64,000 nucleotides of DNA. Origin: Nitrosomonas sp. (GTDB taxonomy: Bacteria > Pseudomonadota > Gammaproteobacteria > Burkholderiales > Nitrosomonadaceae). The position numbers and the translations under genes were made by a program. Numbering within the stretch: the first letter of the stretch is position 1; each line of letters begins with the position of its first letter. Positions 18,730 to 28,972 of this stretch are shown in pieces. The notes under the pieces were generated by a model. That model did not search any database. It was not told the DNA's origin and saw only the letters and a list, made by a program, of their open reading frames with translations. The stretch lies in assembly GCF_021582535.1 (NCBI RefSeq), contig NZ_CP091134.1, one strand, 5' to 3'.

Positions 18730-20235
18730 ATGAATCAGCACTATCAGAGTTTAGTTCAGAAATTGGAAGAGATTACGCATTTAAACGGTGTCATGAGCAC
18801 GCTGGGCTGGGATCAGGAAGTGATGATGCCAGTGGGTGCAAGCGATGCACGGGCCAAGCAAATTGCAGCGCTGGCAGGGGTGATTCATGAACGTATGACC
18901 GATCCGGCGCTGGGCGAGTGCTTACACGAACTCAAGGAAAAGGATTTGGCTGCTTTGGGCGAGATGGAGCGCTGCAATATTCGTGAGGCGCTGTACAGTT
19001 ATGAGCTGGAAACGAAAGTGCCGAAACGGCTGGTACAGGAGCTGGCCGAGCTGGGTTCACGCGGGCATGGCGTATGGGTAACTGCGCGTCAGGAAAATAG
19101 ATTTGCCGATTTTGCACCGGTGCTGAAGCGATTCTTGCAGTTGAAGACCGAGTGGGCGCAGTGTGTGTCGCCGGATTTAGAGCCTTACGATGCGAATATT
19201 GATCTGTTTGAACGCGGTACGACGATGGACGTGATCACGCCGGTCTTTGAGCGCCTGAAGCAGGAATTGATACCGCTGATTGCTGCCATTCAAAGCCACC
19301 CTGTTCAGCCGGACACGTCATTCTTGCAGGGCAGGTTTGCACTGGACAAGCAGGAAGCATTGGCGCGCAAAATCAGCCAGGACATGGGTTTTAATATTGA
19401 GCAGGGGCGTATCGATGTGTCGGTGCATCCGTTTTGCGGCGGCAGTCATCCGACCGATGTGCGCATTACCACGCGTTATAAGGACAGTAATTTTATCGAA
19501 TCCTTGTATTCGGTGATCCATGAAACCGGCCATGCGCTCTACGAACAGGGGCGCCCGCACGAGCTTGGCGATTTGCCGGTTACGGAATCATTAACGATGG
19601 GCATTCATGAATCCCAGTCGCTGTTCTGGGAGCGCATGATCGCGCAAAGCAAGCCCTTTTGCACACATTATTTTGAAACGATCCGCGCGGCATTTCCGGA
19701 AAATCTGCAATCCGCGACTGTAGATTCTTTTTATCGCGCGATCAATACGTGCAAGCCGGATTTTATCCGGGTGGAAGCGGATGAGGTAACGTATCCGCTG
19801 CATGTTATTTTGCGTTATGAAGTCGAGAAAGGGCTGTTTGATGGATCGATGCGCGTCGATGATTTGCCGGAAATCTGGAATGAATTAATGCAAAAATACC
19901 TGGGAATTAAACCGCCGACCGATACGTTGGGGGTATTGCAGGATTCGCATTGGAGCGGTGGGGCGTTCGGGTACTTTCCTTCGTATACGCTGGGTGCGAT
20001 GTATGCGTGCCAGTTTTATAACACATTGCTGCGCGAGCAATCGGCTACTGAACAAAACATCGCTACAGGAAATTTTGCCCCCATTAAAAATTGGTTAAAC
20101 GAAAAAATCCATCGCCAGGGTAAACTATACACACCGCAACAGTTGGTTGAGCGTGTTACCGGTGAACCGCTGAATCCGGATTATTTCGTCGAGTATCTGA
20201 AGAACAAGTACAGTGAAATTTATCGGTTAGCCTGA
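18730..20235 (+). CDS. Carboxypeptidase, M32 family
   Basis: Motifs LGWDQE, HPF, DVRITTR, HETGHALYEQG, HESQS, IRVEADE, GYFPSY. Confidence 0.95.
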   Translation: MNQHYQSLVQKLEEITHLNGVMSTLGWDQEVMMPVGASDARAKQIAALAGVIHERMTDPALGECLHELKEKDLAALGEMERCNIREALYSYELETKVPKRLVQELAELGSRGHGVWVTARQENRFADFAPVLKRFLQLKTEWAQCVSPDLEPYDANIDLFERGTTMDVITPVFERLKQELIPLIAAIQSHPVQPDTSFLQGRFALDKQEALARKISQDMGFNIEQGRIDVSVHPFCGGSHPTDVRITTRYKDSNFIESLYSVIHETGHALYEQGRPHELGDLPVTESLTMGIHESQSLFWERMIAQSKPFCTHYFETIRAAFPENLQSATVDSFYRAINTCKPDFIRVEADEVTYPLHVILRYEVEKGLFDGSMRVDDLPEIWNELMQKYLGIKPPTDTLGVLQDSHWSGGAFGYFPSYTLGAMYACQFYNTLLREQSATEQNIATGNFAPIKNWLNEKIHRQGKLYTPQQLVERVTGEPLNPDYFVEYLKNKYSEIYRLA

Positions 20236-20246
20236 GCGCGCCGGTT

Positions 20247-21074
20247 TTATGCTTGACGGCGACCTTGATTGCTCTCGATCCACTTTTTGACGCGATTGGC
20301 GTCGCCGATACGGGTGTTTTTACCCCAGGAATTGAGCAACACAATGACCATCGGCTGCCCGGAGATTTTCGCTTGCATCACCAGACAACGTCCGGCTTCA
20401 CTCAAATAGCCGGTTTTGGAAACATTGATGTCCCAGCCTTGATTACGCACCAGACTGTTGGAATTGACATACTGCAATTGACCGCGTTTGTTTCCAGGTG
20501 ATACGGAATGTTGCGATGTGGTGGAGAATTCACGAATAGCCGCGTAGCTATTCGAAGCTGCAACCATTTTGGCGAGATCGCGTGCGGTTGCAACATTGCC
20601 GCTATTCAAGCCGGTAGAGTCGACAAAACGGGAGTTGCTCATGCCCAATTTTTTGGCTTTGGTATTCATGGCACTCACAAATGCTTTGGTACCACCGGGA
20701 AAAGTGCGGCCAAGCGCTGCTGCTGCGCGATTTTCAGATGACATCAATGCCAATCGCAATAGCTCCTGACGTGGATAAGTGCTGCCAACGGGCAAGCGTG
20801 ACGATGAGTGTTTCAGCTTATCGACATCAGCGTTCGTGATGGTGATTTTTTCATGCGGCGACAGACGTGCATCAAGGGTAACCATAGCGGTCATTAACTT
20901 GGTAATGGAAGCGATGGGCATTACCTTGTCGGCGTTTTTGTCGTAGATAACACGATCATTTTGCGCATTAAATACGAGTGCAGCTTGAGATTTGATATCC
21001 GGGTTGTTTTTCTGTGCTAAAGCGTGGCTGGTTAAAAAGGATAGGACACAAAATAAAAAAAATCCCCATTTCAT
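20247..21074 (-). CDS. pbpG: D-alanyl-D-alanine endopeptidase (PBP7, peptidase S11)
   Basis: SxxK (IASITKLMTA), SEN and KTG motifs, EAGRCLV; signal peptide. Confidence 0.88.
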   Translation of the reverse strand: MKWGFFLFCVLSFLTSHALAQKNNPDIKSQAALVFNAQNDRVIYDKNADKVMPIASITKLMTAMVTLDARLSPHEKITITNADVDKLKHSSSRLPVGSTYPRQELLRLALMSSENRAAAALGRTFPGGTKAFVSAMNTKAKKLGMSNSRFVDSTGLNSGNVATARDLAKMVAASNSYAAIREFSTTSQHSVSPGNKRGQLQYVNSNSLVRNQGWDINVSKTGYLSEAGRCLVMQAKISGQPMVIVLLNSWGKNTRIGDANRVKKWIESNQGRRQA

Positions 21075-21552
21075 TCTTTCTTCTCTCCTGATGACAAAAA
21101 AAGCAAGTTCTTATGAATTTACTTAAGTATTTTTATGAACGAGGATAGTGTCAATTTAGAGTTTTTGTACGCTTCACGCTTAATTTTACTATATCTCGAT
21201 CTATATTTTTATAAAAATTTGAAAATAAATTCTTTATTTGCAGAAAGTTAACAGATTCTGTTGATGATAACATTACAGAATTCTGTGTAACAGAATGATA
21301 TTAAAAGCTTAATGCTATCAGCAATTAAAAATAGAGGTGTGTGATATTACAGACTACCTACGGGTGAAAAGGGGCGATTGAGGTTTGCGCGTAAAGCAGA
21401 AAGGCATTTTATTTCCGAGGGAAATGATAGGCCAAGCCGATATTTGCTGAATATTTCTCTCGATTCAATCTATTTCTATATCGAATGAAGCAAAAATCAG
21501 TTTGTTTATCTAACTTGACCTATTCGCCAGTTACTATAGAACTGACTTATTA

Positions 21553-21780
21553 TTACTTACCAAAATTTGGTTGTTTGATTTTAGCGGGACAGGTGATCAT
21601 TTCACCGTCGGTGCGATCTCTGATCTTTTCGCCGTCTTTTTTACCTTCGCAAGACATTTTATTCAGAATATCTTGAGCAGCCATTGGTGGCATTTTAGAT
21701 TCCTTGTTTCCACTTGCCATGGTGACAGAAGAACCCATCAGAAAAACCAAACCAACTGCAGCGATAAGAAATTTGTTCAT
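21553..21780 (-). CDS. Small exported hypothetical protein
   Basis: RBS AGGAG upstream; signal peptide MNKFLIAAVGLVFLMGSSVTMA; two Cys in the mature part. Confidence 0.7.
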   Translation of the reverse strand: MNKFLIAAVGLVFLMGSSVTMASGNKESKMPPMAAQDILNKMSCEGKKDGEKIRDRTDGEMITCPAKIKQPNFGK

Positions 21781-21979
21781 TTTCCACTCCTATATTAATG
21801 TTATGAAGGAAGCCAATTTTATATACCTGACTTACCAACCATGAATTTATCACAATCATAACTGTCAGGCCATTTCTTTTTAAAATCTTGTGTATTGAAG
21901 AAGCGAATTTTTATATTAACTTGCAGCTGATCAAACTAAAATTCAGCAGTGCGAAAGCAGTATGCGTCTTTCTGCAACA

Positions 21980-22348
21980 CTAAATCAGAAGAGCCGCAGC
22001 GACACGACGCCCTTCTTCAACCAGGATATTATAAGTGCGGCAACAAGCTTTTGTATCCATTATCTCAATTCCGATTCCCAATTTTGTCAATTGACTGAGC
22101 AATGTGTGATTGGGGAATTTATGCTGAGCGCCGGTACCGAGGAGGATGATTTCGGGTGAGTGCGGCAACAAGCCTTCAAAATGCTGAACCTGGAGCTCTT
22201 GAACGGATAGCACAGGCCAATCCTCAATTAACTGATCAGGCAGCACAATCAAGTTTTTTTCGTAACGCGTTTGATTAATCAATACATATCCTTCACCATA
22301 ACCCGTGAAAATATACTGCTGTGCGAAATTTGCGAGATGAAGCTTCAC
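21980..22348 (-). CDS. Mth938-like (DUF498) domain protein
   Basis: PEIILLGTG, GIEIMDTKACCRTYNILVEEGRRVAAAL. GTG start at 22348 has a GAGGA RBS. Confidence 0.88.
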   Translation of the reverse strand: MKLHLANFAQQYIFTGYGEGYVLINQTRYEKNLIVLPDQLIEDWPVLSVQELQVQHFEGLLPHSPEIILLGTGAQHKFPNHTLLSQLTKLGIGIEIMDTKACCRTYNILVEEGRRVAAALLI

Positions 22349-22431
22349 TGATCTGTTTCCTCGTGTTTGCGAATCCATCGTGAGCGATTATGCATCATTC
22401 CAATCAAGAAACAATCGCTGCCATAAAAGTT

Positions 22432-22710
22432 TTACCCGGATTGTTTGTTATGGTCTGCTATTTTTTGCTCTACAAAACCAACTAAGGTACCGAGTGTCGC
22501 AAATGTTTTTGCACTGATCTCATCATCTTTTATTGCGATGGAGAATTTTTTTTCCAAAGCCAGAATGATTGTTACAACTGCGACGGAATCGAGTTCAGGA
22601 ATATTGCCGAGTAATATTGTGTCAGACTCTATTGCATCGATCCGCTTATCCAATCCCAAGGTATCAGCCAGAATCTTTTTTATTTCAGTGGTATGGCTTG
22701 TGTTTGTCAC
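22432..22710 (-). CDS. Acyl carrier protein
   Basis: LLGNIPELDSVAVV phosphopantetheine-serine motif; DDEIS...FATLGTL. Confidence 0.85.
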   Translation of the reverse strand: MTNTSHTTEIKKILADTLGLDKRIDAIESDTILLGNIPELDSVAVVTIILALEKKFSIAIKDDEISAKTFATLGTLVGFVEQKIADHNKQSG

Positions 22711-22853
22711 AATGAGGCGCTTGATTATTATCAGTATTAAAGAAATCTGGTGCTTATTATAAAGCTGATTGAAGATTATGATTGCGGGATTACGCAGTGC
22801 TTGCAGAAAATTCCCGGGAACTGCGGGCGTAAAGGGTAAAAACGCTCAGTACG

Positions 22854-23564
22854 TTACGGCTGAATTTCCACGATTGAATTTGCCCGTGCCAGCCCACTGA
22901 GGATCCGGCCTGATTTGTTACGAACCTGAATGACTTGTCCTTCCGCTGCGTTGGCTAATGCCTGGCCTTCCGATCGAATACTGAATCCACGGCCTTGGAT
23001 CACTAAATTCACTGTCTGACCGCGCATGATCACATAGGGTGCCCGCAGCATTTGCGGACGTATCGGCTGACCGGCGGGCAAGTTGGTGGCGGCGACTTTA
23101 CCGACAATTTGAGTCGCATCGATGAGTATGCCATCCGGCATTTGCGTCAGATTGACATTCTGCGGTGCGATATCTTCATAACTCAATGTTTGTCCGGTTG
23201 ATACGGGGCGTGCGATATGTAAAACATCCGCCATGACATTGATCTCAGTCTGTACATAGATAGTCCAAGCTGCGAATTCACTGTCACAGCGGACGCCAAT
23301 GGAGGTTTTCCCCCATAAACGTCCGCCTGCCGGAACAAAAGGCTCTAATTGAGGACACTTGGGTAATGTTAAATGCTTGTCAATTTGGCCGACATTGATA
23401 AGCACCGATCCTGGCAGTGAAGCCGTATTGCTGTAGAGAAAATTCTCAATGGCGTTTTTAATCAGAGGAATTTCTTGATGCGCCACTGCTGCGTTGTGCT
23501 GTGAGGCCAGCGCAGAAGAAGCAAGCATTGGCAGACAGAGTATCGTCATTAAGCAACGTATCAT
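22854..23564 (-). CDS. flgA: Flagellar basal body P-ring formation chaperone
   Basis: Signal peptide, two-Cys N-domain, SAF-like domain, EGQAL...GQVIQVRN; divergent from flgB. Confidence 0.92.
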   Translation of the reverse strand: MIRCLMTILCLPMLASSALASQHNAAVAHQEIPLIKNAIENFLYSNTASLPGSVLINVGQIDKHLTLPKCPQLEPFVPAGGRLWGKTSIGVRCDSEFAAWTIYVQTEINVMADVLHIARPVSTGQTLSYEDIAPQNVNLTQMPDGILIDATQIVGKVAATNLPAGQPIRPQMLRAPYVIMRGQTVNLVIQGRGFSIRSEGQALANAAEGQVIQVRNKSGRILSGLARANSIVEIQP

Positions 23565-23586
23565 AGATTGATCTCACCATTCATTT

Positions 23587-23611
23587 TTGCCGTATCCGGC
23601 AATTATTGCCG
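23587..23611. promoter_or_regulatory. Three alternating half-sites TTGCCG/CGGCAA/TTGCCG, candidate activator site
   Basis: ttgccg-tatc-cggcaa-tta-ttgccg, about 110-135 bp upstream of the sigma54-like element. Confidence 0.45.
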
Positions 23612-23719
23612 CTACCCGAAGCCATATTAAACGAGCATGAAAAAATCCAAGTGCAAAGATAGCACCGCTTTCATGTCTTATTTGCGGATTGGTTGATTAA
23701 CTTGTGCATATATTATTGC

Positions 23720-23735
23720 TGGCATGCTAAATGCT
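23720..23735 (+). promoter_or_regulatory. Candidate sigma54 (-24/-12) promoter of flgB
   Basis: TGGCATGCTAAATGCT has exact GG-N10-GC spacing versus consensus TGGCACG-N4-TTGCW; 42 bp before the flgB ATG. Confidence 0.65.
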
Positions 23736-23777
23736 AATAGATGAATAGAAAACAATTTCAATCAGGCGGTAGAGACG

Positions 23778-24188
23778 ATGATTAACAAACTTGATAAAGA
23801 ATTAAATTATCACCACAACGCCCTCAGTTTAAGAGTTGGAAGGCAAGAATTACTTTCCAGCAATGTGGCGAATGCCGATACGCCAAATTTCAAGGCGAAG
23901 GATATCGATTTTGCCAGCATGCTTCAGGAAAGATTGTCATCGACGCTTAGCCTGAACAAGGTAACTATGAATACGACATCATCAATGCATATTAATTCTG
24001 TTGGCTCTGGAATATTCGGCGATAGCGTTTTATACCGGGTTCCTTTGCAACCCAGCGCGGACGGAAACACGGTGGATATGGATATGGAACGGACTCGATT
24101 TGCTGATAATGCCATTAAATATGATGCCAGTATCACATTTATTAACAATGAATTTAGAAACTTAACATCGGCAATGATGGAGAGATAG
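23778..24188 (+). CDS. flgB: Flagellar basal body rod protein
   Basis: SNVANADTPNFKAKDIDF, DGNTVDMD. Confidence 0.96.
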   Translation: MINKLDKELNYHHNALSLRVGRQELLSSNVANADTPNFKAKDIDFASMLQERLSSTLSLNKVTMNTTSSMHINSVGSGIFGDSVLYRVPLQPSADGNTVDMDMERTRFADNAIKYDASITFINNEFRNLTSAMMER

Positions 24189-24191
24189 AAA

Positions 24192-24596
24192 ATGTCACTA
24201 TTTAATGTATTTGGTATTGCAAGTTCAGCCATGTCCGCACAATCGCAACGTTTGAATGTGGTCGCCAGTAATCTTTCCAATGCCGATAGCGTAACCAGCT
24301 CTACCGGTGAACCTTATCGTGGCAGACAGGTGGTTTTCAGTACTTTGCAAGCGGATGCGAATGGTGCCAGTGGCGTTAAGGTTGCGGGTATCGTGCACGA
24401 TCAATCGCCCATGCGGCAGTTGTTCGAACCTAAACATCCGCTGGCGGATAAAAACGGTTATGTGACGATGCCGAATGTCAATGTTGTCGATGAAATGGTG
24501 AATATGATGTCGGCGTCGCGTTCGTATCAAAACAGTGTCGATATGATGAACACCACCAAGTCATTGTTGCAAAAAACACTGACGATCGGTCAATAA
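24192..24596 (+). CDS. flgC: Flagellar basal body rod protein
   Basis: RLNVVASNLSNA, HPLAD..GYV.MPNVN, ASRSYQ. Confidence 0.96.
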   Translation: MSLFNVFGIASSAMSAQSQRLNVVASNLSNADSVTSSTGEPYRGRQVVFSTLQADANGASGVKVAGIVHDQSPMRQLFEPKHPLADKNGYVTMPNVNVVDEMVNMMSASRSYQNSVDMMNTTKSLLQKTLTIGQ

Positions 24597-24607
24597 AGGA
24601 GTAAGCG

Positions 24608-25282
24608 ATGAGCTCAGTTTCGCAAGTAAATACAACAGCAGCTACCGCTGCATCAACCGCTACAACTAGCACTACCAGTACAAAAGATGCTGAAAACCCG
24701 CAAGATCGTTTTCTGAAACTTTTAGTCACGCAAATGAAAAATCAAGATCCATTGAAACCGCTGGACAATGCCGAAGTGACTAGTCAATTGGCGCAAATCA
24801 GCACGGTATCGGGTCTTGATAAGTTGAATTCAACGCTGCAGCAATTGGTTTCCAGCGCTGAAGATACCCGTTCTGTAGAAGCATTGGGACTAATCGGACA
24901 CAAAGCATTTGTTCCGGGAACAGCGATTGCACTGAATGGAGATGGCGCCATTGCCGGTATCGAATTGGCGCAACCGGTTGATCAACTCAAAGTTACTATT
25001 CTGGATAGTACCGGGGTTGCTATTCGCACAATGGATCTGGGCGCGCAACCGACAGGACTCAGCACGATCGCATGGGACGGTAATACCGACAGTGGCACTA
25101 AGGCGGTGGACGGAGACTATACCTTTGCGGTAAGCGCGAAACAAGGCGGTAATGACATTAAAGTCGATACCCTCTCATTTGGAACAGTAAACAGTGTAAT
25201 GCCTGGCGAGGGTGGTGCGCACCTGGATATGGGGGACAAATTGGGATTGGTTGGTTTGTCTGACATTAAACAGGTGTTTTGA
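24608..25282 (+). CDS. flgD: Flagellar hook capping protein
   Basis: FLKLLVTQMKNQDPLKPLD, WDG. Confidence 0.95.
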   Translation: MSSVSQVNTTAATAASTATTSTTSTKDAENPQDRFLKLLVTQMKNQDPLKPLDNAEVTSQLAQISTVSGLDKLNSTLQQLVSSAEDTRSVEALGLIGHKAFVPGTAIALNGDGAIAGIELAQPVDQLKVTILDSTGVAIRTMDLGAQPTGLSTIAWDGNTDSGTKAVDGDYTFAVSAKQGGNDIKVDTLSFGTVNSVMPGEGGAHLDMGDKLGLVGLSDIKQVF

Positions 25283-25294
25283 TAGGAGATTATT

Positions 25295-26572
25295 ATGACT
25301 TTTCAACATGGCTTAAGTGGATTAAATGCAGCATCAACCAACCTGGATGTGATTGGTAATAACATTTCCAATGCGAATACCGCCGGGTTCAAACAGTCCG
25401 TCGCGCAATTTTCCGATATTTTTGCAAACTCAATGGAAGGTACAGATACCGCACAGATCGGGATAGGATCAAAAATATCCGCGATTGCACAACAATTTGG
25501 TCAAGGTACGATTACACCGACCAGTAATCCATTGGACATTGCGATCAACGGTCAAGGTTTTTTTCGTATGAGCGATAACGGTACAGTAAGCTACAGCCGG
25601 AACGGTCAATTCCATGTTGACGATTCCGGTTTTATTGTCGATGCATCGGGTGCCAATTTAACGGGTTTTATGGCTGATGTGAATGGTGATATTAAAGCGA
25701 GTGGGGTACCGGCAAATTTAAAATTCGGCACCTCCGATCTTGCACCTAAAGCAACCACCACATTTGATCTGGGATTTAATCTGGACGCACGGAAAGCGGC
25801 GATTGCAACACCCTTTAGTGCAACCAATCCGAAGACTTACAACAGCACAACTTCAGGAACAGTAGTGGATAGTCTTGGGAATTCACATGTTCTGTCTTTA
25901 TATTTTCAGAAAGCGACTGCAACACCCAATACTTGGACTGTCTTCGCCACTGTGGACGGTAAAGTAGACACTGCCGGGATACCTGTTGGTGTCAAAATAG
26001 GAGGAAGTACTTCACAATCAATGTTATTTGACGGGGATGGAAAATTACAGAGTATTGCTGCCGCTCCTGCTGGCCCACTGGATTTGGAAATTGATTTTAG
26101 CGCCATTAATCCAGCGCTTGGCGCAACAACACCGCAGACCGTCCGTCTCGATATGACAACTGCCACTCAATTTGGCTCTGATTTCGGTGTCAATGCCATT
26201 ACACAGGATGGGTATACCTCCGGCCGTATGTCAGGTTTTACTATTAGCCCTGATGGCATAATTCTTGGAAATTATAGTAGTGGTCAATCAAAAACATTGG
26301 GGCAAATTGTGCTCGCCAACTTTGTCAATCCGCAAGGTTTGGTTCCAATCGGTGATGGTCACTGGGCAGAGACTCCTGGTTCAGGTGAGCCTTTGGTTGG
26401 TCCTCCCAAAACCGGAAATCTCGGTGTGCTTCAATCCAACGCTGTTGAAGATTCAAACGTTGATTTGACGGCGGAACTGGTGAAGCTGATTCAAGCGCAA
26501 CGTTTGTATCAAGCCAGTGCTAAGCAAATTGAGACACAAGATCAGATTATTCAAACCATCACTCAAATTTAG
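25295..26572 (+). CDS. flgE: Flagellar hook protein
   Basis: LDVIGNNISNANTAGFK, DLAI-like GQGFF, YSRNGQF, DSLG, SNVDLTAEL. Confidence 0.95.
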   Translation: MTFQHGLSGLNAASTNLDVIGNNISNANTAGFKQSVAQFSDIFANSMEGTDTAQIGIGSKISAIAQQFGQGTITPTSNPLDIAINGQGFFRMSDNGTVSYSRNGQFHVDDSGFIVDASGANLTGFMADVNGDIKASGVPANLKFGTSDLAPKATTTFDLGFNLDARKAAIATPFSATNPKTYNSTTSGTVVDSLGNSHVLSLYFQKATATPNTWTVFATVDGKVDTAGIPVGVKIGGSTSQSMLFDGDGKLQSIAAAPAGPLDLEIDFSAINPALGATTPQTVRLDMTTATQFGSDFGVNAITQDGYTSGRMSGFTISPDGIILGNYSSGQSKTLGQIVLANFVNPQGLVPIGDGHWAETPGSGEPLVGPPKTGNLGVLQSNAVEDSNVDLTAELVKLIQAQRLYQASAKQIETQDQIIQTITQI

Positions 26573-26621
26573 CCCGGCTTTCATTCTGAAAAATCAGATT
26601 CTTATTGGAATTGAGTAGAAA

Positions 26622-27365
26622 ATGGATCGACTAATTTATACATCGATGACCGGAGCCAACCATACGCTGAATCAGAAAGCGACTGTTGCTCAGAATCTTG
26701 CTAATGCATCAACGACGGGATATCGCGCTGAAAGCAATGCATTTCGCGCGGTTCCGGTATACGGTGATGGTCTGCCGACACGCGCCTTTGTCGTTGATTC
26801 AACAACCGGTGCCGATTTCACCCCCGGTGCGATGCAAACTACCGGGCGTGATCTTGATGTTGCAGTTCGCGGTTCCGGATGGATTGCAATTCAATTGGAT
26901 GATGGCAAGGAAGCCTATACCCGTAATGGCAGTTTGCAAGTCAGTCCCAATGGTATTTTGCAGACAAACGGCGGACATAAAGTGAAAGGCGATACCGGCA
27001 TTATTTCCCTGCCACCCGACACGCGCATCACCATCGGGGTAGATGGAACCGTTTCATCCGTGCCGATTACGCCTCAGCCCAATACCGTAGCACAAGTAGG
27101 CCGGATCAAGCTGGTAAATCCTCCGGAAGATAAGCTTGTAAAAGGCACGGATGGCCTGTTCCGGCTCAAGGATGGCGGTGAAGCGCCTGTTGATGCCAGA
27201 GTTAAGCTGGTCGACGGCACATTGGAAGAAAGCAACGTGAATGTGGTGCATGAAATGGTCAACATGATCGACTTGGCCAGGCAATTCGATATGCAAATGA
27301 AAATGCTGGATAGCGCGCAGAATAATGCTCAGAAAGCCAGCGAAATCATGGTGGTAAGAGTTTAA
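26622..27365 (+). CDS. flgF: Flagellar basal body rod protein
   Basis: MDRLIYTSM, NLANASTTG, TGRDLDVA, YTRNG, LEESNVN. Confidence 0.95.
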   Translation: MDRLIYTSMTGANHTLNQKATVAQNLANASTTGYRAESNAFRAVPVYGDGLPTRAFVVDSTTGADFTPGAMQTTGRDLDVAVRGSGWIAIQLDDGKEAYTRNGSLQVSPNGILQTNGGHKVKGDTGIISLPPDTRITIGVDGTVSSVPITPQPNTVAQVGRIKLVNPPEDKLVKGTDGLFRLKDGGEAPVDARVKLVDGTLEESNVNVVHEMVNMIDLARQFDMQMKMLDSAQNNAQKASEIMVVRV

Positions 27366-27395
27366 TTCGATAATAAATTTTAATAGGTAAAGCAT

Positions 27396-28178
27396 ATGAT
27401 ACGTTCGCTATGGATCGCTAAAACAGGGCTTGATGCGCAACAAACCAAAATGGATGTGATTTCTAATAACTTAGCGAACGTCAGCACCAATGGATTTAAA
27501 CGGGCCCGTGCTGTTTTTGAGGATCTGCTGTATCAAACGATACGTCAGCCCGGCGCTCAATCATCGCAACAAACGCAATTACCTTCCGGTTTGCAGTTAG
27601 GAACAGGTGTTAAGCCGGTTTCTACCGAAAGTATATTTACTCAAGGTGGATTGCAACAAACCGAGAACCAACGTGATGTCGCCATACGGGGAGTGGGTTT
27701 TTTCCAGGTTTTACTACCGGACGGAACAACGGCTTATACCCGCGATGGGGCATTTCAGTCCGATCTGAATGGCCAACTTGTGACTTCCAGCGGTTACGCC
27801 GTTCAGCCCGCGATTACCGTTCCACCGAATGCGCTGGGTGTCACGATAGCGCGCGATGGTACGGTATCCGCAACAGTTCCGGGCGCGGTCGCACCCATTC
27901 AAGTCGGCAATATTCAATTGGCAAGCTTTGTTAATCCGGCCGGTTTACTGAAAATGGGTGAGAACTTGTATCAGGAAACCGCTTCGAGCGGAGCTCCCAA
28001 TCAGAATGCGCCGGGTACCAACGGATTGGGGTTGCTGGAACAGAATTTTGTGGAAACTTCAAATGTAAATGTGGTGGAAGAGCTGGTGAATATGATTCAA
28101 ACCCAGCGCGCCTATGAAATGAATTCCAAATCCATTGAAACTTCGGACCAAATGCTGCAACGATTGGCACAACTATGA
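27396..28178 (+). CDS. flgG: Flagellar distal rod protein
   Basis: [33 protein letters not shown]. Confidence 0.96.
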   Translation: MIRSLWIAKTGLDAQQTKMDVISNNLANVSTNGFKRARAVFEDLLYQTIRQPGAQSSQQTQLPSGLQLGTGVKPVSTESIFTQGGLQQTENQRDVAIRGVGFFQVLLPDGTTAYTRDGAFQSDLNGQLVTSSGYAVQPAITVPPNALGVTIARDGTVSATVPGAVAPIQVGNIQLASFVNPAGLLKMGENLYQETASSGAPNQNAPGTNGLGLLEQNFVETSNVNVVEELVNMIQTQRAYEMNSKSIETSDQMLQRLAQL

Positions 28179-28921
28179 TTGATCCGGTTATCGGGAGTAG
28201 TGTGATGGCGAATGGCAATCGAGTGATGAACAATTTCAACCGGTATTTTTTTATGCTTGTGCTCGGTGCACTCGCAACCGGTTGTGCCATGACACCTTCT
28301 ACCACTACCTACCAGCCCAATACCTTACGTGCTCCGCAACATGCAGCCGCAGTGGCTCAGCCCAATGGTTCAATTTTGCAAATGGTTCACAGCACAACAG
28401 GCGGGGTGCGATATACACCGTTATTTGAAGACCGGCGTGCGAGAAGTATTGGCGATACGATTATTGTCACTTTAAACGAAACAACCAATGCCAGTAAGAG
28501 CTCTGGCAGTAACGCGAGCCGCTCTGGCAGCATTGACTTTTCCGTGCCGAGTTTGCTGGGGATTCCGTTAAGTTTATTAAAGAAACACGCAACGGTTGAA
28601 GCTAAATCCAATAATAAATTTGATGGCAGCGGTGAAAGCTCAAGCAAAAATAATTTTAAAGGAACTATTACGGTAACAGTTATTGAAGCGCTGCCGAATG
28701 GAAATCTGGTCGTGAGTGGTGAGAAACAGATCGGTATCAACCAAGGACAGGAATTCATTCGATTGTCCGGGATCGTGAATCCGACTCATATCATGGGAAA
28801 TACGATTTCTTCAACGCAGATTGCTGATGCGCGTGTTGAATATCGCAGCAATGGTTATATTGACGAAGCGCAAACGATGGGATGGTTGTCACGTTTCTTT
28901 CTTTCGATTACGCCTTTCTAA
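28175..28921 (+). CDS. flgH: Flagellar L-ring lipoprotein
   Basis: Lipobox LATGC, LFEDRRA, LPNGNL..GEKQ, GWLSRFF. True start may be a later ATG (28205 or 28226). Confidence 0.93.
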   Translation: MIDPVIGSSVMANGNRVMNNFNRYFFMLVLGALATGCAMTPSTTTYQPNTLRAPQHAAAVAQPNGSILQMVHSTTGGVRYTPLFEDRRARSIGDTIIVTLNETTNASKSSGSNASRSGSIDFSVPSLLGIPLSLLKKHATVEAKSNNKFDGSGESSSKNNFKGTITVTVIEALPNGNLVVSGEKQIGINQGQEFIRLSGIVNPTHIMGNTISSTQIADARVEYRSNGYIDEAQTMGWLSRFFLSITPF

Positions 28922-28972
28922 GCGGGATATTGCTCAAATTGATGAACACTTCAGAAATCGGTATTTAAGATT

